Below, in pieces: positions 1 through 8,972 of a DNA stretch of 50,327 nt (positions are counted from its first letter, which is position 1; the number at the start of each line of letters is the position of its first letter). The stretch comes from Deltaproteobacteria bacterium. GTDB taxonomy: Bacteria > Myxococcota_A > UBA9160 > SMWR01. A program made the position numbers and the translations under genes. The DNA lies in assembly GCA_032128375.1 (NCBI GenBank), contig JAQBGU010000114.1, positions 1 through 50,327 of the forward strand. Direction: 5' to 3'. Below the pieces are notes generated by a model. The model made no database searches. It had not been told where the DNA came from and worked only from the letters and a program-made list of their open reading frames with translations.

Positions 1-92
1 GTCGGGTCGGGACAGCGTTGCTGCTCGCCGCTATTTGCCGATCCGTTGGGCAGATGTTTTCCTGGGATGCGCCGCGGTCGGAGGTAGGCACG

Positions 93-470
93 ATGGGTGA
101 TGACGGACCGGAGGACGACTTCGGCTGTGAGCGTTGCTGGCCCTCTGCCGCAGACGCAGCATGGGGGGCGCGCGGCGCGCTCACTCACGAGGCTGAACTC
201 ATCGATGAGTCGCACTTCCACGTGATGATTCTCACGTGTTCCCGTTGCACTCAGAGCTTCGTCTCGGTCTTCACTGAGATGGTCGACTGGGCGGATGGCG
301 ACGACCCGCAGTACTGGACGCTCTTGCCGGTCACGGCGGCGGAAGCCGCCGACGTAGTCCAGCATGGAGATTTGCTGACCGAATCAAAGCTCGATGCGCT
401 GGGAGCTGGCCGGCGCTGCCTACGGTCCGATCACCCTAAGGGCTCACTCAACAATAACTATCTGATTTGA
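93..470 (+). pseudogene. Hypothetical Cys-motif (CERC, CSRC) protein, 3'-truncated by the IS
   Basis: ATG at 93 after GGAGG; after ...SDHP the frame runs into the IS left end at 436, which supplies the last codons and stop. Confidence 0.6.
436..457. repeat. IS left terminal inverted repeat
   Basis: CTAAGGGCTCACTCAACAATAA; outer CTA may belong to a CTAG/TA target site. Confidence 0.85.
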
Positions 471-1390
471 TGGGCGCTCGACGCTGGCTTGAGTGTGTAG
501 TTTCGAGCCGGCTGTGTGGTGTGTGCTTTGAGGCAAAGCTGCTCCATCTGTTCATCGGTGACCTTCACTCCGTTGGGGTAGTCCTTCTTCACGAGGTACG
601 CCTTGACGCCAAGGCCGCCACGGGTCGTAGTTGAGCGTGCATAGTTGATCAGAGTTTCGTAGCTATCGAGTGGCTTGCCTGCCCAGTTCTTGCTGAGTTC
701 GCTGAACAAGCGATGCTCGATGGGGTTCCATTTGGAGGCTCCGGTGGGGTAGTGGCAGACCGTCACGGTCAATCGAAAGCGGTCGCAGAGCACTTGTTGG
801 AGTCTGTGCTTCCAGGCCCGCGCTCTGCAGGAATTACTTCCTCCGCTATCGGCCAGGATCAGGAGCTGCGTCGCTCCGCGATAGCGTTGTCGACCGTCGT
901 AACGCCACCACCTAGCGAGATTGTCGACGGCGAAGCCGGGGGTGTCGTGGCTGTTGCCGATGAAGAGCGACCCCAGATTTGCCTGGAGGTCGTAGACTCC
1001 ATACGGAATGGCGATTCCCTCGGCGTCGGACCGGAAGTCATGGTCGCGAACCAGAACGGGCTCTCTTTGCCAAGCGGATCCTGCGTTCTTGAAGTTGCCG
1101 ATCAACTCTTTCTTCTTTGTGTCGATGCTCACGATCGGTAGGCCGCGATTTGCGAAGGACTCACGCCGATTCGCGATGTAGGCAAACTGCTCGTCGCGGT
1201 CCGCAGGCGTGGAGGCTGTCAGTTTCTTGTGATTGACGCGCAGCGCGTATCCCATCTGTCGCAACAGCTTGCCAACGGTGTTGGCGCAAACCGTAATCCC
1301 GATTTCTCGGAGTTGCTCGGCGATCTTCTCGGTGGTCCGGCGAGTCCACTTCAGCCCGGTCATGGGATCGCCTGCGGTTTCGTGTTTCAT
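458..1390 (-). CDS. ISAzo13 transposase, catalytic DDE part (orfB)
   Basis: HETAGDP..LKWT, SIDTKKKELIG, ADSGGSN, HYPTGASKWNPIEHRLFS motifs. Confidence 0.92.
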   Translation of the reverse strand: MKHETAGDPMTGLKWTRRTTEKIAEQLREIGITVCANTVGKLLRQMGYALRVNHKKLTASTPADRDEQFAYIANRRESFANRGLPIVSIDTKKKELIGNFKNAGSAWQREPVLVRDHDFRSDAEGIAIPYGVYDLQANLGSLFIGNSHDTPGFAVDNLARWWRYDGRQRYRGATQLLILADSGGSNSCRARAWKHRLQQVLCDRFRLTVTVCHYPTGASKWNPIEHRLFSELSKNWAGKPLDSYETLINYARSTTTRGGLGVKAYLVKKDYPNGVKVTDEQMEQLCLKAHTTQPARNYTLKPASSAHQIR

Positions 1391-2175
1391 GAGTTCTTTG
1401 ATCTTTCCGATGACGTCCGGCGTTTTTTTTGGACCGACTTTCGTCCTGCCCCCGGCCTGCGAACACGCTCGATCTCCGCGTCTCGTGCGAGCAGGTCCCG
1501 CCGCCCTCGCGCGATCGTGCTGGGGTTGAGCCCAAGCAGTTCGCTGATCTGCTGGTCACCACCGTGCCCGATCTTTAGAGACTCGAGTCCTGCATAGAGA
1601 CGGCGCTGCTTTTCATCGAGGAGGCTGTAGAAGAGCACAATCGCGGCCTTCAGCTCTTCGGGGAGCACGCGCACCCCAACTCCCAGCCCCAAGAGCGAGG
1701 GCTCCGCTTGATAGACTTGACGAGAAGCCAACTGATGTCGACGAATCGAAGCATCCGCCGCGACGTAGACAAAGCGATCGAAAAATGATTCGCGCACCAG
1801 GCGCTCCTCACGAACCAGCTTCAGCAGAGGTGCTTTCACGGACACGTTCACGATGTTCTCAAGTTCGTTTGCGGTGTAGCCTGCCTCCGACGCCTGGACC
1901 AACACTTCGAGAGTTGCGAGCAACGTTCCATGCTTCGAGAACCAAACCGAGCGGAAGGACCACAGCCCCATCTCGTCGAAGCGGGCGGTCTCGCCCAAGG
2001 CGTAATAGCGACCCCGATGCGAGTAGCTCGATAGATAGTCCAATGTCTCGAGTTTTCGGAATAGCGTCGAGTCGACCTCCGTCCCCAACGCTCCTTTCAA
2101 CTCCTCAATGGTGGCGATCTTCTGCTTTTGGAGAAGACGAGCCAAGTCGCGCGCGTAAAACCGTTCGGTTCTCAT
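1387..2175 (-). CDS. ISAzo13 transposase N-terminal part (orfA), joined to orfB by -1 frameshift at A8 (1423-1430)
   Basis: LDEKQRRLYAGLESLKIGHGG..TIARGRRDL HTH region; -1 shift gives KKTPDVIGKIKELMKHETAGDP, ~572 aa product. Confidence 0.85.
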   Translation of the reverse strand: MRTERFYARDLARLLQKQKIATIEELKGALGTEVDSTLFRKLETLDYLSSYSHRGRYYALGETARFDEMGLWSFRSVWFSKHGTLLATLEVLVQASEAGYTANELENIVNVSVKAPLLKLVREERLVRESFFDRFVYVAADASIRRHQLASRQVYQAEPSLLGLGVGVRVLPEELKAAIVLFYSLLDEKQRRLYAGLESLKIGHGGDQQISELLGLNPSTIARGRRDLLARDAEIERVRRPGAGRKSVQKKRRTSSERSKNS

Positions 2176-2232
2176 TATCGGAGAATTCCCCCTCTATAGG
2201 TACAATTCTCCGATAATCGGCGAGCCTGTCAA
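2174..2232 (-). promoter_or_regulatory. Transposase sigma-70-like promoter with 14-bp inverted repeat over RBS/start
   Basis: TTGACA (minus, 2227-2232), GAGAAT-like -10; perfect IR ATTATCGGAGAATT 2174-2187 / 2204-2217. Confidence 0.65.
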
Positions 2233-2367
2233 GTGGCTGCCCTATCAACGCGATCTCGTCTAGCCCCTTAGAATTGACTCAAGATGACGATTCGCTGCCT
2301 TCACACCCTCAACGGTCACGCCAGATAGACGCAGGAATATCGGAGGAGTATGCTGGGAATCAGGCGT

Positions 2368-2389
2368 TAATTCTTGAGTGGGCCCTTAG
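2368..2389. repeat. IS right terminal inverted repeat
   Basis: Reverse complement reads CTAAGGGCCCACTCAAGAATTA. Confidence 0.85.
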
Positions 2390-2583
2390 CGTCGCTCGCC
2401 GTGCTGTTCGGGCTGGAAGTCGTCATGGTGGAGACACGCTGACTCGCCTGCACCTGTGGTGGGGCGGCATCCCCGGATTGCTGACGATGGGCGCGTTCCT
2501 GATCTGGCGCCACCCCGGCGCGATCCGACGATGAAGCACGACACGGGCGGAAGGAGGGGTAGAATGGAATCCCTTTTCACGCC

Positions 2584-2599
2584 TGGCACGCCGCTTGCT
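2584..2599 (+). promoter_or_regulatory. Sigma-54 promoter
   Basis: TGGCACGCCGCTTGCT, full consensus, upstream of CBS gene. Confidence 0.8.
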
Positions 2600-2751
2600 T
2601 TCGAAGTGTACGAAGTGCCAAGAAAATCAGTCACACGGCCGATATCGCGACATCACGTCGCCCGCACATCAGTGGCAAGACAAAGCAACAAGCACAGCTT
2701 GCGTTGGCATTGTTTGCGCCTGGTTCGGGCGAGGAGGATCAGGTAAGGAAG

Positions 2752-3225
2752 TTGACGACCGCAAGAGACGTCATGACGGACCCGGTGGTTTCGGTTGGCC
2801 CCGATTCATCGCTGCCGGAGGTGCTCCGCATCTTCGTGGCGGAGAACATTCACGGCGCACCGGTCGTCGATGACGAAGGTCAACTCGCCGGTGTGATCAC
2901 TACGAGTGATCTACTTCGCGCTCAGGAGAACGAGCGCGACGCGGCCTTGGCTACAGTCGATTACCTCAGAGATGTTCTCGAGTTTTCCGCACCGGATTGG
3001 TCCGGCGACGTTACCGACTTCCAGGATCGGCTCGGAATACGAACGGTCGAAGTCATGACGAAGAGCGTCGTGAGCGTGCCATCCGACGCACCGGTCGCCG
3101 ATATCGCACGCACCCTGCGCGAAAACCAGATCCATCGGGTCTGGGTGAAGGACGCGGGCCGTCTGTGCGGGGTTGTCTCTACGCTCGATCTGATGGCAGT
3201 GATCGAGCAGGGATGCGTGGGTTGA
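2752..3225 (+). CDS. CBS-domain pair protein
   Basis: ARDVMTDPVVSV..GAPVVD..GVITTSDL and VMTKSVVSV..IHRVWV..GVVSTLDL; probable TTG start 2752 after AGGA. Confidence 0.88.
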   Translation: MTTARDVMTDPVVSVGPDSSLPEVLRIFVAENIHGAPVVDDEGQLAGVITTSDLLRAQENERDAALATVDYLRDVLEFSAPDWSGDVTDFQDRLGIRTVEVMTKSVVSVPSDAPVADIARTLRENQIHRVWVKDAGRLCGVVSTLDLMAVIEQGCVG

Positions 3226-3286
3226 AGTGTCGAGACAGAGCACAACCCGCGGGTAGCTCCGGATTCTGAGGAAGAGGTTCGTATGT

Positions 3287-3970
3287 CTATTCCTCCTCGT
3301 CCTCGTCGTCCTTGCTGGCTTCGGGGTCGTAGGCTTCGGGAACCGGATGCGCGATCCGCGCCACAGCCTGCTCGTAGTCGAATCCGACCTTCGTTGCGTC
3401 CGCCCGTGTGTAGCGCTCTGGATCCCATGCGCGGCTATCGTCGTTGTGGCAGGTGACGCAGACCTTTTCGCTCTGGGGGATCATCCCCTTCGCAACCGAG
3501 AGTTCGTTATCGATCATGACTTTCTTTTTTCGATAGTCCTTGCCGGGACCGTGGCACGCCTCACAACCGACGCCCTCGCTTCGCTCAATTTTTTTGTAAG
3601 CCAGTTCGTCGGGAACGCCGTGTGCAGTCGTGTGGCATCTGAGGCATTCCCCATGGGTCTGGGGATCGTCGATTCCCATTTCGCTGGCCCAGTTCTTCGC
3701 CTTCTCGCTGGCAAGGGTCTCGTAGGCCTTGGCGTGCTTCGAATTCAGCCACACCCCGTACTGATTGCCGATCGGTTCCTTCTTGTGGCAGGTCCTGCAC
3801 CTCTTGACGCCAACAAATTGGTGCTCCTTAGCCTCGGCGATGTGAGCGGGGGCTAACAGCACCAGCAGGGCGAGGACCGCTGCCCCGCACGACTGCGCTC
3901 GCCGCGGGAGTCCAATCGATTGGATGGATGCTCTCAATGGGTTCGAACAAATCGGAACTATCATGGCCAT
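3287..3970 (-). CDS. Periplasmic tetraheme cytochrome c (c554-like)
   Basis: Four CxxCH (CRTCH, CLRCH, CEACH, CVTCH); FVGVKRC..H, SKHAKAYETL, GVGCEACHGPG; signal-like hydrophobic stretch; start uncertain. Confidence 0.88.
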   Translation of the reverse strand: MAMIVPICSNPLRASIQSIGLPRRAQSCGAAVLALLVLLAPAHIAEAKEHQFVGVKRCRTCHKKEPIGNQYGVWLNSKHAKAYETLASEKAKNWASEMGIDDPQTHGECLRCHTTAHGVPDELAYKKIERSEGVGCEACHGPGKDYRKKKVMIDNELSVAKGMIPQSEKVCVTCHNDDSRAWDPERYTRADATKVGFDYEQAVARIAHPVPEAYDPEASKDDEDEEE

Positions 3971-4182
3971 GCCCTCGCTCTATTTCAGTCCAGAGTCCAA
4001 AGTGACACTCGATCGATAGCAAGGCGCGTTTCGAGTGACAAATTCGGTCGCGGAAATTTTTCACTACGCATAACGCAGTAGCGACCGGATCCTCAGCTGC
4101 GGATACTTGGCGAAAGGTGCAAGAGCACGATATTCTGGGCGTCTGGCGAGATCGTAGGTTCGCGACCCCATCGAGGAGTCCC

Positions 4183-4638
4183 ATGGCGGCAGGCGAACGA
4201 AGCCCCGAGACGCTGGAAGAAGGCGCGGAGCTCAACCGCCGCGAGGTCTTGCTCCTCTGTTCAGGTGCCGGCACCGCCTTGTTTGCGGCGGCCGTGCCGA
4301 TTGCCCGATACCTGAGCCCCGTCCCGTCGGGAGACGTGGGCGATTCCGCGCGAATTCCCGCCGACCAGCTCGCCCTGTGGGAGGCAGAGAGCATCCTGGT
4401 ACGCGGGGCCCCGGGCTTCGTCGTCCGTACGCCGGAGCAAATCTACGCCTGTTCTGCCGTCTGTCCCCACCTTGGGTGTGTCGTGAAGTGGAATCGAAGC
4501 CGGCGGGTCTTCTTCTGTCCTTGCCACGGTGCGAGGTTCGCTCCGGACGGGCGGGTCCTCGGCGGCCCATCCCCGGCGCCCCTGCAGCGCTTCGAAGTCG
4601 CGATGCGCAGTGGCAAACTCGTCGTCGGGCAGGGTTAG
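4183..4638 (+). CDS. Rieske [2Fe-2S] protein
   Basis: CPHLGC and CPCHG boxes, GPSPAPL, Tat-like NRREVL; GAGGAG RBS before ATG 4183. Confidence 0.93.
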   Translation: MAAGERSPETLEEGAELNRREVLLLCSGAGTALFAAAVPIARYLSPVPSGDVGDSARIPADQLALWEAESILVRGAPGFVVRTPEQIYACSAVCPHLGCVVKWNRSRRVFFCPCHGARFAPDGRVLGGPSPAPLQRFEVAMRSGKLVVGQG

Positions 4639-4701
4639 GACTCTGCGCCGTCGCGCGCGAGTTCTCCTGCGCGGACGACGACAGCGAAGAATTTGGCAGT
4701 A

Positions 4702-5763
4702 ATGCGCCCCAGCAGAGTCCTCGACTGGCTCGACGACCGTACGGGCTTCCGGCAGCTCGTTCGCTCGCAGCTCGTCGATTATCTGATACCGGCGACCACG
4801 AACCGTTGGTACTCACTGGGCTTCGTGGTGCTGGTATTCGTCGGCATCCAGCTCGTGACCGGCATCCTACTGCTTTTCTATTACATCCCCGATGCGTCGC
4901 GAGCCTTCGAGAGCGTCGAACAGATCATGCACGAGGTCCCGTTCGGATGGCTCATTCGCCTGGTCCACGTCCACGGCGCGAACGCCATGATGATCGCGCT
5001 GTTACTGCACCTGCTCGTCGTCGTCGTCACCAACGCGTACAAGAAACCGCGCGAACTCCACTGGCTGACCGGCTGCATGCTGCTGTTCACGACGATGGGC
5101 CTCTGCTTCACGGGTTACCTGTTGCCATGGAGCCAACTCTCCTTTTGGGCGACGACCGTTGGCATGAAGATCGTCGAGAGCGTCCCGATGATTGGACCGA
5201 CATTGATGCACTATTTCCAGGGCGGCTACGTGGTGGGCCCGACGACGCTCGGGCGAGCCTTCGCGTTTCACGTGTCGCTGTTGCCCGCGCTGCTGTCGAT
5301 ACTGATCGTTGTGCACATCATCCTGGTGCGTCATACCGGCATCTCGCCGCTGCCGATGGCATCGGCGGAACACGCGCTCGCGAAACGCCGATTCTTCCCC
5401 GGGTTTGTGATCGAAGACCTGGCTGTCGCGCTCGGTGCGCTGAGCGTCTTCTGCGCGTTTCTGTTCTTCGCGCCCCATCTGTACCTACCACCGGAGGCCT
5501 TCGAGAAGGCGGACCCGTTCGTCACGCCGCTTCACGTGAAGCCCGAGTGGTATTTTCTCGCCCAATATCAGGTGCTGCGACTGGTTCCGAACAAGACGGT
5601 CGGCATCCTTTCCCAACTCCTGGCCTTCGCCGCGCTGTTGCTGCTTCCCTTCCTGGATCGCAACCCAGTCTCGAACATCCTGCGCAGGCCTGTGTTTCTG
5701 TTCGGCGTCTGCGGAATCGTGGCGGGGGTAGTCGCACTCACGGTCATGGGAGCGCTCGCATGA
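4702..5763 (+). CDS. Cytochrome b (fused b6 + subunit IV type) of a Rieske/b complex
   Basis: WLDDR N-terminus, four heme-b His, GYLLPWSQLSFWA, PEWY Qo motif. Confidence 0.93.
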   Translation: MRPSRVLDWLDDRTGFRQLVRSQLVDYLIPATTNRWYSLGFVVLVFVGIQLVTGILLLFYYIPDASRAFESVEQIMHEVPFGWLIRLVHVHGANAMMIALLLHLLVVVVTNAYKKPRELHWLTGCMLLFTTMGLCFTGYLLPWSQLSFWATTVGMKIVESVPMIGPTLMHYFQGGYVVGPTTLGRAFAFHVSLLPALLSILIVVHIILVRHTGISPLPMASAEHALAKRRFFPGFVIEDLAVALGALSVFCAFLFFAPHLYLPPEAFEKADPFVTPLHVKPEWYFLAQYQVLRLVPNKTVGILSQLLAFAALLLLPFLDRNPVSNILRRPVFLFGVCGIVAGVVALTVMGALA

Positions 5764-6593
5764 GAGCCGCTGCTGGCACCGCAGTGTTTCTGGTGTCCCT
5801 CGCCGTGGCGATCCCGGGGCGCGGCGACAACGAGGTCGACACCTGTGTGAGCTGCCATGTAGAGGAGGAAGACTCGGAACTCTCCGACCCGGTCGACGAA
5901 TGGCGGCGTAGCGTGCACGCGGAGGCCCAGGTCACTTGTGACGGCTGCCACGGCGGAGACCCCTTCGAACAGGACGGGGATCTCAGCATGGACGAGGACG
6001 AGGCCGGCTTCTTAGGTGCTCCCGACTGGACCGAAGAGGCCGAGTTCTGCGGCTCCTGCCACGAGGACGTGCTCGTCGGCTACGGCCAGAGCGTTATGGC
6101 CAGCGAGATCGCCAAGGGCAACCGAGTGGCGGTCTGCACCACCTGCCACATGGGCGACGGTCACGCGATCGTGCGCGCCGTCCCGGCGGAGATTCTGACT
6201 GAGGAACGCTGCAGCCAGTGTCACGACGCGGATCGGGCATTCAAGCTGCTCGCGTTGCTCGAGCAGACGCGCGGCCACCTCGCTCGCGTATCCACGAGCC
6301 TCGAGCGCATCCAGGGCAGGATCGACACCTCCCGGATCGATCGGGAAGTCGCACAGGTGCGCCAGCGCGCCGTCGTTGTTGCCCACAGCTACGACCACGT
6401 CCGCATCACAGAGGTGGCTTCGGTCGCCCGCGAGCGCCTCGAGGCCGCCGAGGTCGAGATCGCGCATCTTGCGCGCGAAGCCGATTTTCGCGTCCGCGTG
6501 GGCACCGGAGCCACCGCACTGCTGGGTGCCGCCTGCTTCGGAGCGATGCTGCTAGAGCGCAATCTTCGCAGAAGAAGCCGCAACAAGGCGTGA
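5760..6593 (+). CDS. Membrane-anchored pentaheme cytochrome c
   Basis: ATGA overlap with cyt b stop; signal peptide; five CxxCH (CVSCH, CDGCH, CGSCH, CTTCH, CSQCH); helical stalk and C-terminal TM helix. Confidence 0.88.
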   Translation: MRAAAGTAVFLVSLAVAIPGRGDNEVDTCVSCHVEEEDSELSDPVDEWRRSVHAEAQVTCDGCHGGDPFEQDGDLSMDEDEAGFLGAPDWTEEAEFCGSCHEDVLVGYGQSVMASEIAKGNRVAVCTTCHMGDGHAIVRAVPAEILTEERCSQCHDADRAFKLLALLEQTRGHLARVSTSLERIQGRIDTSRIDREVAQVRQRAVVVAHSYDHVRITEVASVARERLEAAEVEIAHLAREADFRVRVGTGATALLGAACFGAMLLERNLRRRSRNKA

Positions 6594-6657
6594 TCGCGAA
6601 CTCGCTCTGAGGCCTCAGACCTATCTGATGGTTTTTGGCGCCCGGTCAACGGCGGGG

Positions 6658-7533
6658 TCAAAGATACAACCCGACCCCCTCGCCCGGCTTGGTCCGGGGT
6701 CCCGAATCCTCAGCGTGACCGGCGAGGACCTCCTGATGTGTGGCGCCGCCGAACATCTGCTTGATACGGTCATCCCAATTGTCGGCGGTCGATGACACGA
6801 CGCTTATGGCGAAGCGGAGTTCTTCCTCGCGAAACTGTTCGCCGAGCAGCGTCTCGTCGAACCAGACGGAGTTGTGTTCCGCGTCGAGTGCGAAGCGTCC
6901 GAACATCAATCCGAAGTTGAGCCGTGCCAGGAACAGACCGAGCTCGGGCGTCACGATGACGCCGATGTTGGTGATGGCGAAGATGCGGACAATGACTTGC
7001 CCATCGGGCGTTGCGCGTGGTGCGACCATGACGTGGACGTCATCGATTGGAAGCACGTAATCCCCATCGCTGTCCTGCTCGGGGGTGTGGCCGAGAACGT
7101 CAGTAACGATGGTCTCGATGCGCGCTCGGGCCTGTGTGAGCTTCAGTTGCGCTTCGTGTTCCAATTTATGGCTACCATGCGCCACATCGAGAGCGGCGTT
7201 GGATTTCTCACCAAAGACCTCGACGAGCAATTCCTGCAGCAGGCCCACGGCCACCTCGCCGTCGGCGACGGTTCGCGCCCAGCATTTCGTCGGATCGGCC
7301 GGGTCCTCCGTCGTGAGTCCTCGCTCCTTGAGTCTGCGGCGCACCTCGATCGAAAGTTCAGCGACGCTGCGCGGACGTCCCGGTATGCGCACCTCGAGGC
7401 CGCTGTCATCGTTTCGTGTTACTTCGATGACGTTGAGAGGTCGACCATCCGGCACCACGGCCACGAAGCCGTAGGGTTCGAGCGCTGCAACCTCTCCTAA
7501 CAGGAAAGAACGCGCGGTGACGGGGTCAGTCAT
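6658..7533 (-). CDS. YbjN/T3SS-chaperone-like domain protein
   Basis: C-terminal EQDSDGDYVL..LFLARLNFGLMFGRF..ELRFAISVVSSTADNWDD pattern; GGAG RBS. Confidence 0.6.
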   Translation of the reverse strand: MTDPVTARSFLLGEVAALEPYGFVAVVPDGRPLNVIEVTRNDDSGLEVRIPGRPRSVAELSIEVRRRLKERGLTTEDPADPTKCWARTVADGEVAVGLLQELLVEVFGEKSNAALDVAHGSHKLEHEAQLKLTQARARIETIVTDVLGHTPEQDSDGDYVLPIDDVHVMVAPRATPDGQVIVRIFAITNIGVIVTPELGLFLARLNFGLMFGRFALDAEHNSVWFDETLLGEQFREEELRFAISVVSSTADNWDDRIKQMFGGATHQEVLAGHAEDSGPRTKPGEGVGLYL

Positions 7534-7982
7534 AGAACTCCTCCAACGAGAGTGCTCCGACTCTACAACACCAGCAGGAGATGCTCGGTGACAGTCGCCC
7601 TGTCGCGGTCTGACGACGTCGCCATCTCAGGGTTTTACGATCACTTTTTGGTTCTTCTATCAGGGCGCAGAGCGCCACATCGGAAGTCGCCAATTGGTTC
7701 CGAGAATGGGGGCAATTCGCCCTGCTAGCGCTGCCTGGAAATTCCAAGGTCCAGCCTCGGTCAGTTCCGAACGCGCACTCATTCGGCGCTACCGATCTGG
7801 TAGATCGCCCGATGTGATCCCAGCGCGACGAGAGAGACGCCGCGCCAAGGTCTCGCTGTCTGGAAAGCAGTGCAGCCGCGCGGCGTCAGCCATGATGTCG
7901 CAGCAACCCCCCAGCTGATCGGAAACCATCCCGGCGCGGACGGGCGGGGACTATTAACTCGCTGGTTGGTGCCGCCGGCCGT

Positions 7983-8423
7983 CTATGCACTGACGGGCCC
8001 GACTTTCGCTTTGATTCGAGCCGTCTTGGGCTTTTTCTTCGGTGGGTCGATCACTTTTGCCAGCTTCCTCAATACCTTGACGGCGTCGTGACGCGCCTGC
8101 GTGGTCAATTTCCTCCAGCGACGTTCGCCATCGGCTTCGAATCGCCCGAGCTGATGGCTGACTTCCCGAAGCGCTCGCGTCAAGCCGCGGCCCACGTCCT
8201 TTTGAGCGCCCTCGATCTGCTTCTCGAGCTGGGTCAGGTCGCGCCGGACGAGGCGCGAAAAATCGCGAAGGTCTTTCGGGAGTTCGCTTTCGATTCGCTC
8301 GATCGCGGATTTGCGCCGTGTCGCATTCGAACCACTGGCTTTCTTTGTGGCAGTCTTGGCCGCACCCTTGCGGTGGCTCTGTTTTTTGGGATGTCTAATC
8401 GAAGTGGGCTGAGTGGCAGACAT
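7983..8423 (-). CDS. Basic helical protein with Lys/Ala-rich termini (phasin/histone-like)
   Basis: AAGGAG RBS, ATG 8423; KKASG and PKKKPK tails around a coiled-coil core. Confidence 0.65.
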   Translation of the reverse strand: MSATQPTSIRHPKKQSHRKGAAKTATKKASGSNATRRKSAIERIESELPKDLRDFSRLVRRDLTQLEKQIEGAQKDVGRGLTRALREVSHQLGRFEADGERRWRKLTTQARHDAVKVLRKLAKVIDPPKKKPKTARIKAKVGPVSA

Positions 8424-8501
8424 GTCGAATCTCCTTGGGTGTCGTATTGGTGTCGTATTGGTGCTGTCGATTGAAACCAATTGAATCCAATGGGATCCCT
8501 T

Positions 8502-8517
8502 CGCAATCGGCGTGCCA
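8502..8517 (-). promoter_or_regulatory. Sigma-54 promoter
   Basis: TGGCACGCCGATTGCG on minus strand, ~80 nt upstream of 8423. Confidence 0.78.
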
Positions 8518-8676
8518 TCGAGCGGCGGATCTGGCGGATCATCGACGCACGACGCGAACACGGCGCTTCGAAAAATGCTCTGAATCGAGCCGGGCGCTGA
8601 CTGAGCAGCTAGCCGCCGCGAATTGCTGACGGCAGGAGATTTCTGAACCGCCGTGCCGTGCATTCGGACGCTGCCC

Positions 8677-8715
8677 GAAGTCGATTGCAGAAGTCGATTG
8701 CAGAAGTCGATTGCA
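8677..8715. repeat. Perfect tandem repeat, 3 x 13 bp
   Basis: GAAGTCGATTGCA x3 between divergent sigma-54 promoters. Confidence 0.95.
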
Positions 8716-8823
8716 AATGAGTCAAGTCACCCCATCCAGTTCGCAACTACTCAATGATGGGTCAAATGGCTACATTCGCAGAATCCATCTGCGTTGTCCG
8801 GATCTCTCGAGCCGTCTTGATGC

Positions 8824-8839
8824 TGGCACGCGCGTTGCA
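8824..8839 (+). promoter_or_regulatory. Sigma-54 promoter
   Basis: TGGCACGCGCGTTGCA, full consensus, upstream of usp. Confidence 0.82.
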
Positions 8840-8972
8840 GTTCATACGCGCACATTCTTGATTACGGAGACCCAACCGATTCTCAGGAGACGTACCCGCG
8901 CCTTCGCGCTGGACTCACTTGTGATGACTGCCAAAACCCAGGCGCGCATACTTCAACCACGGAGAACTCCCA

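Larger units (their letters stand above)
436..2389 (-). mobile_element. ISAzo13-family insertion sequence (~1.95 kb)
   Basis: Terminal inverted repeats 436-457 / 2368-2389 (19/22 match); encodes a Rhodopirellula-type DDE transposase in two overlapping frames. Confidence 0.9.

Noticed and set aside
4018..4033. Sigma-54-like CGAAACGCGCCTTGCT (minus) upstream of the tetraheme gene
   Set aside because: Lacks the invariant -24 GG; so sigma-54 control of the tetraheme/bc genes is not supported
4377..5759. 738-aa ORF as one protein
   Set aside because: The first 461 codons are a shadow frame over Rieske/cyt b; the real gene starts at the ATGA overlap at 5760
8677..8715. Possible CRISPR array
   Set aside because: 13-bp repeats with no spacers and no cas genes
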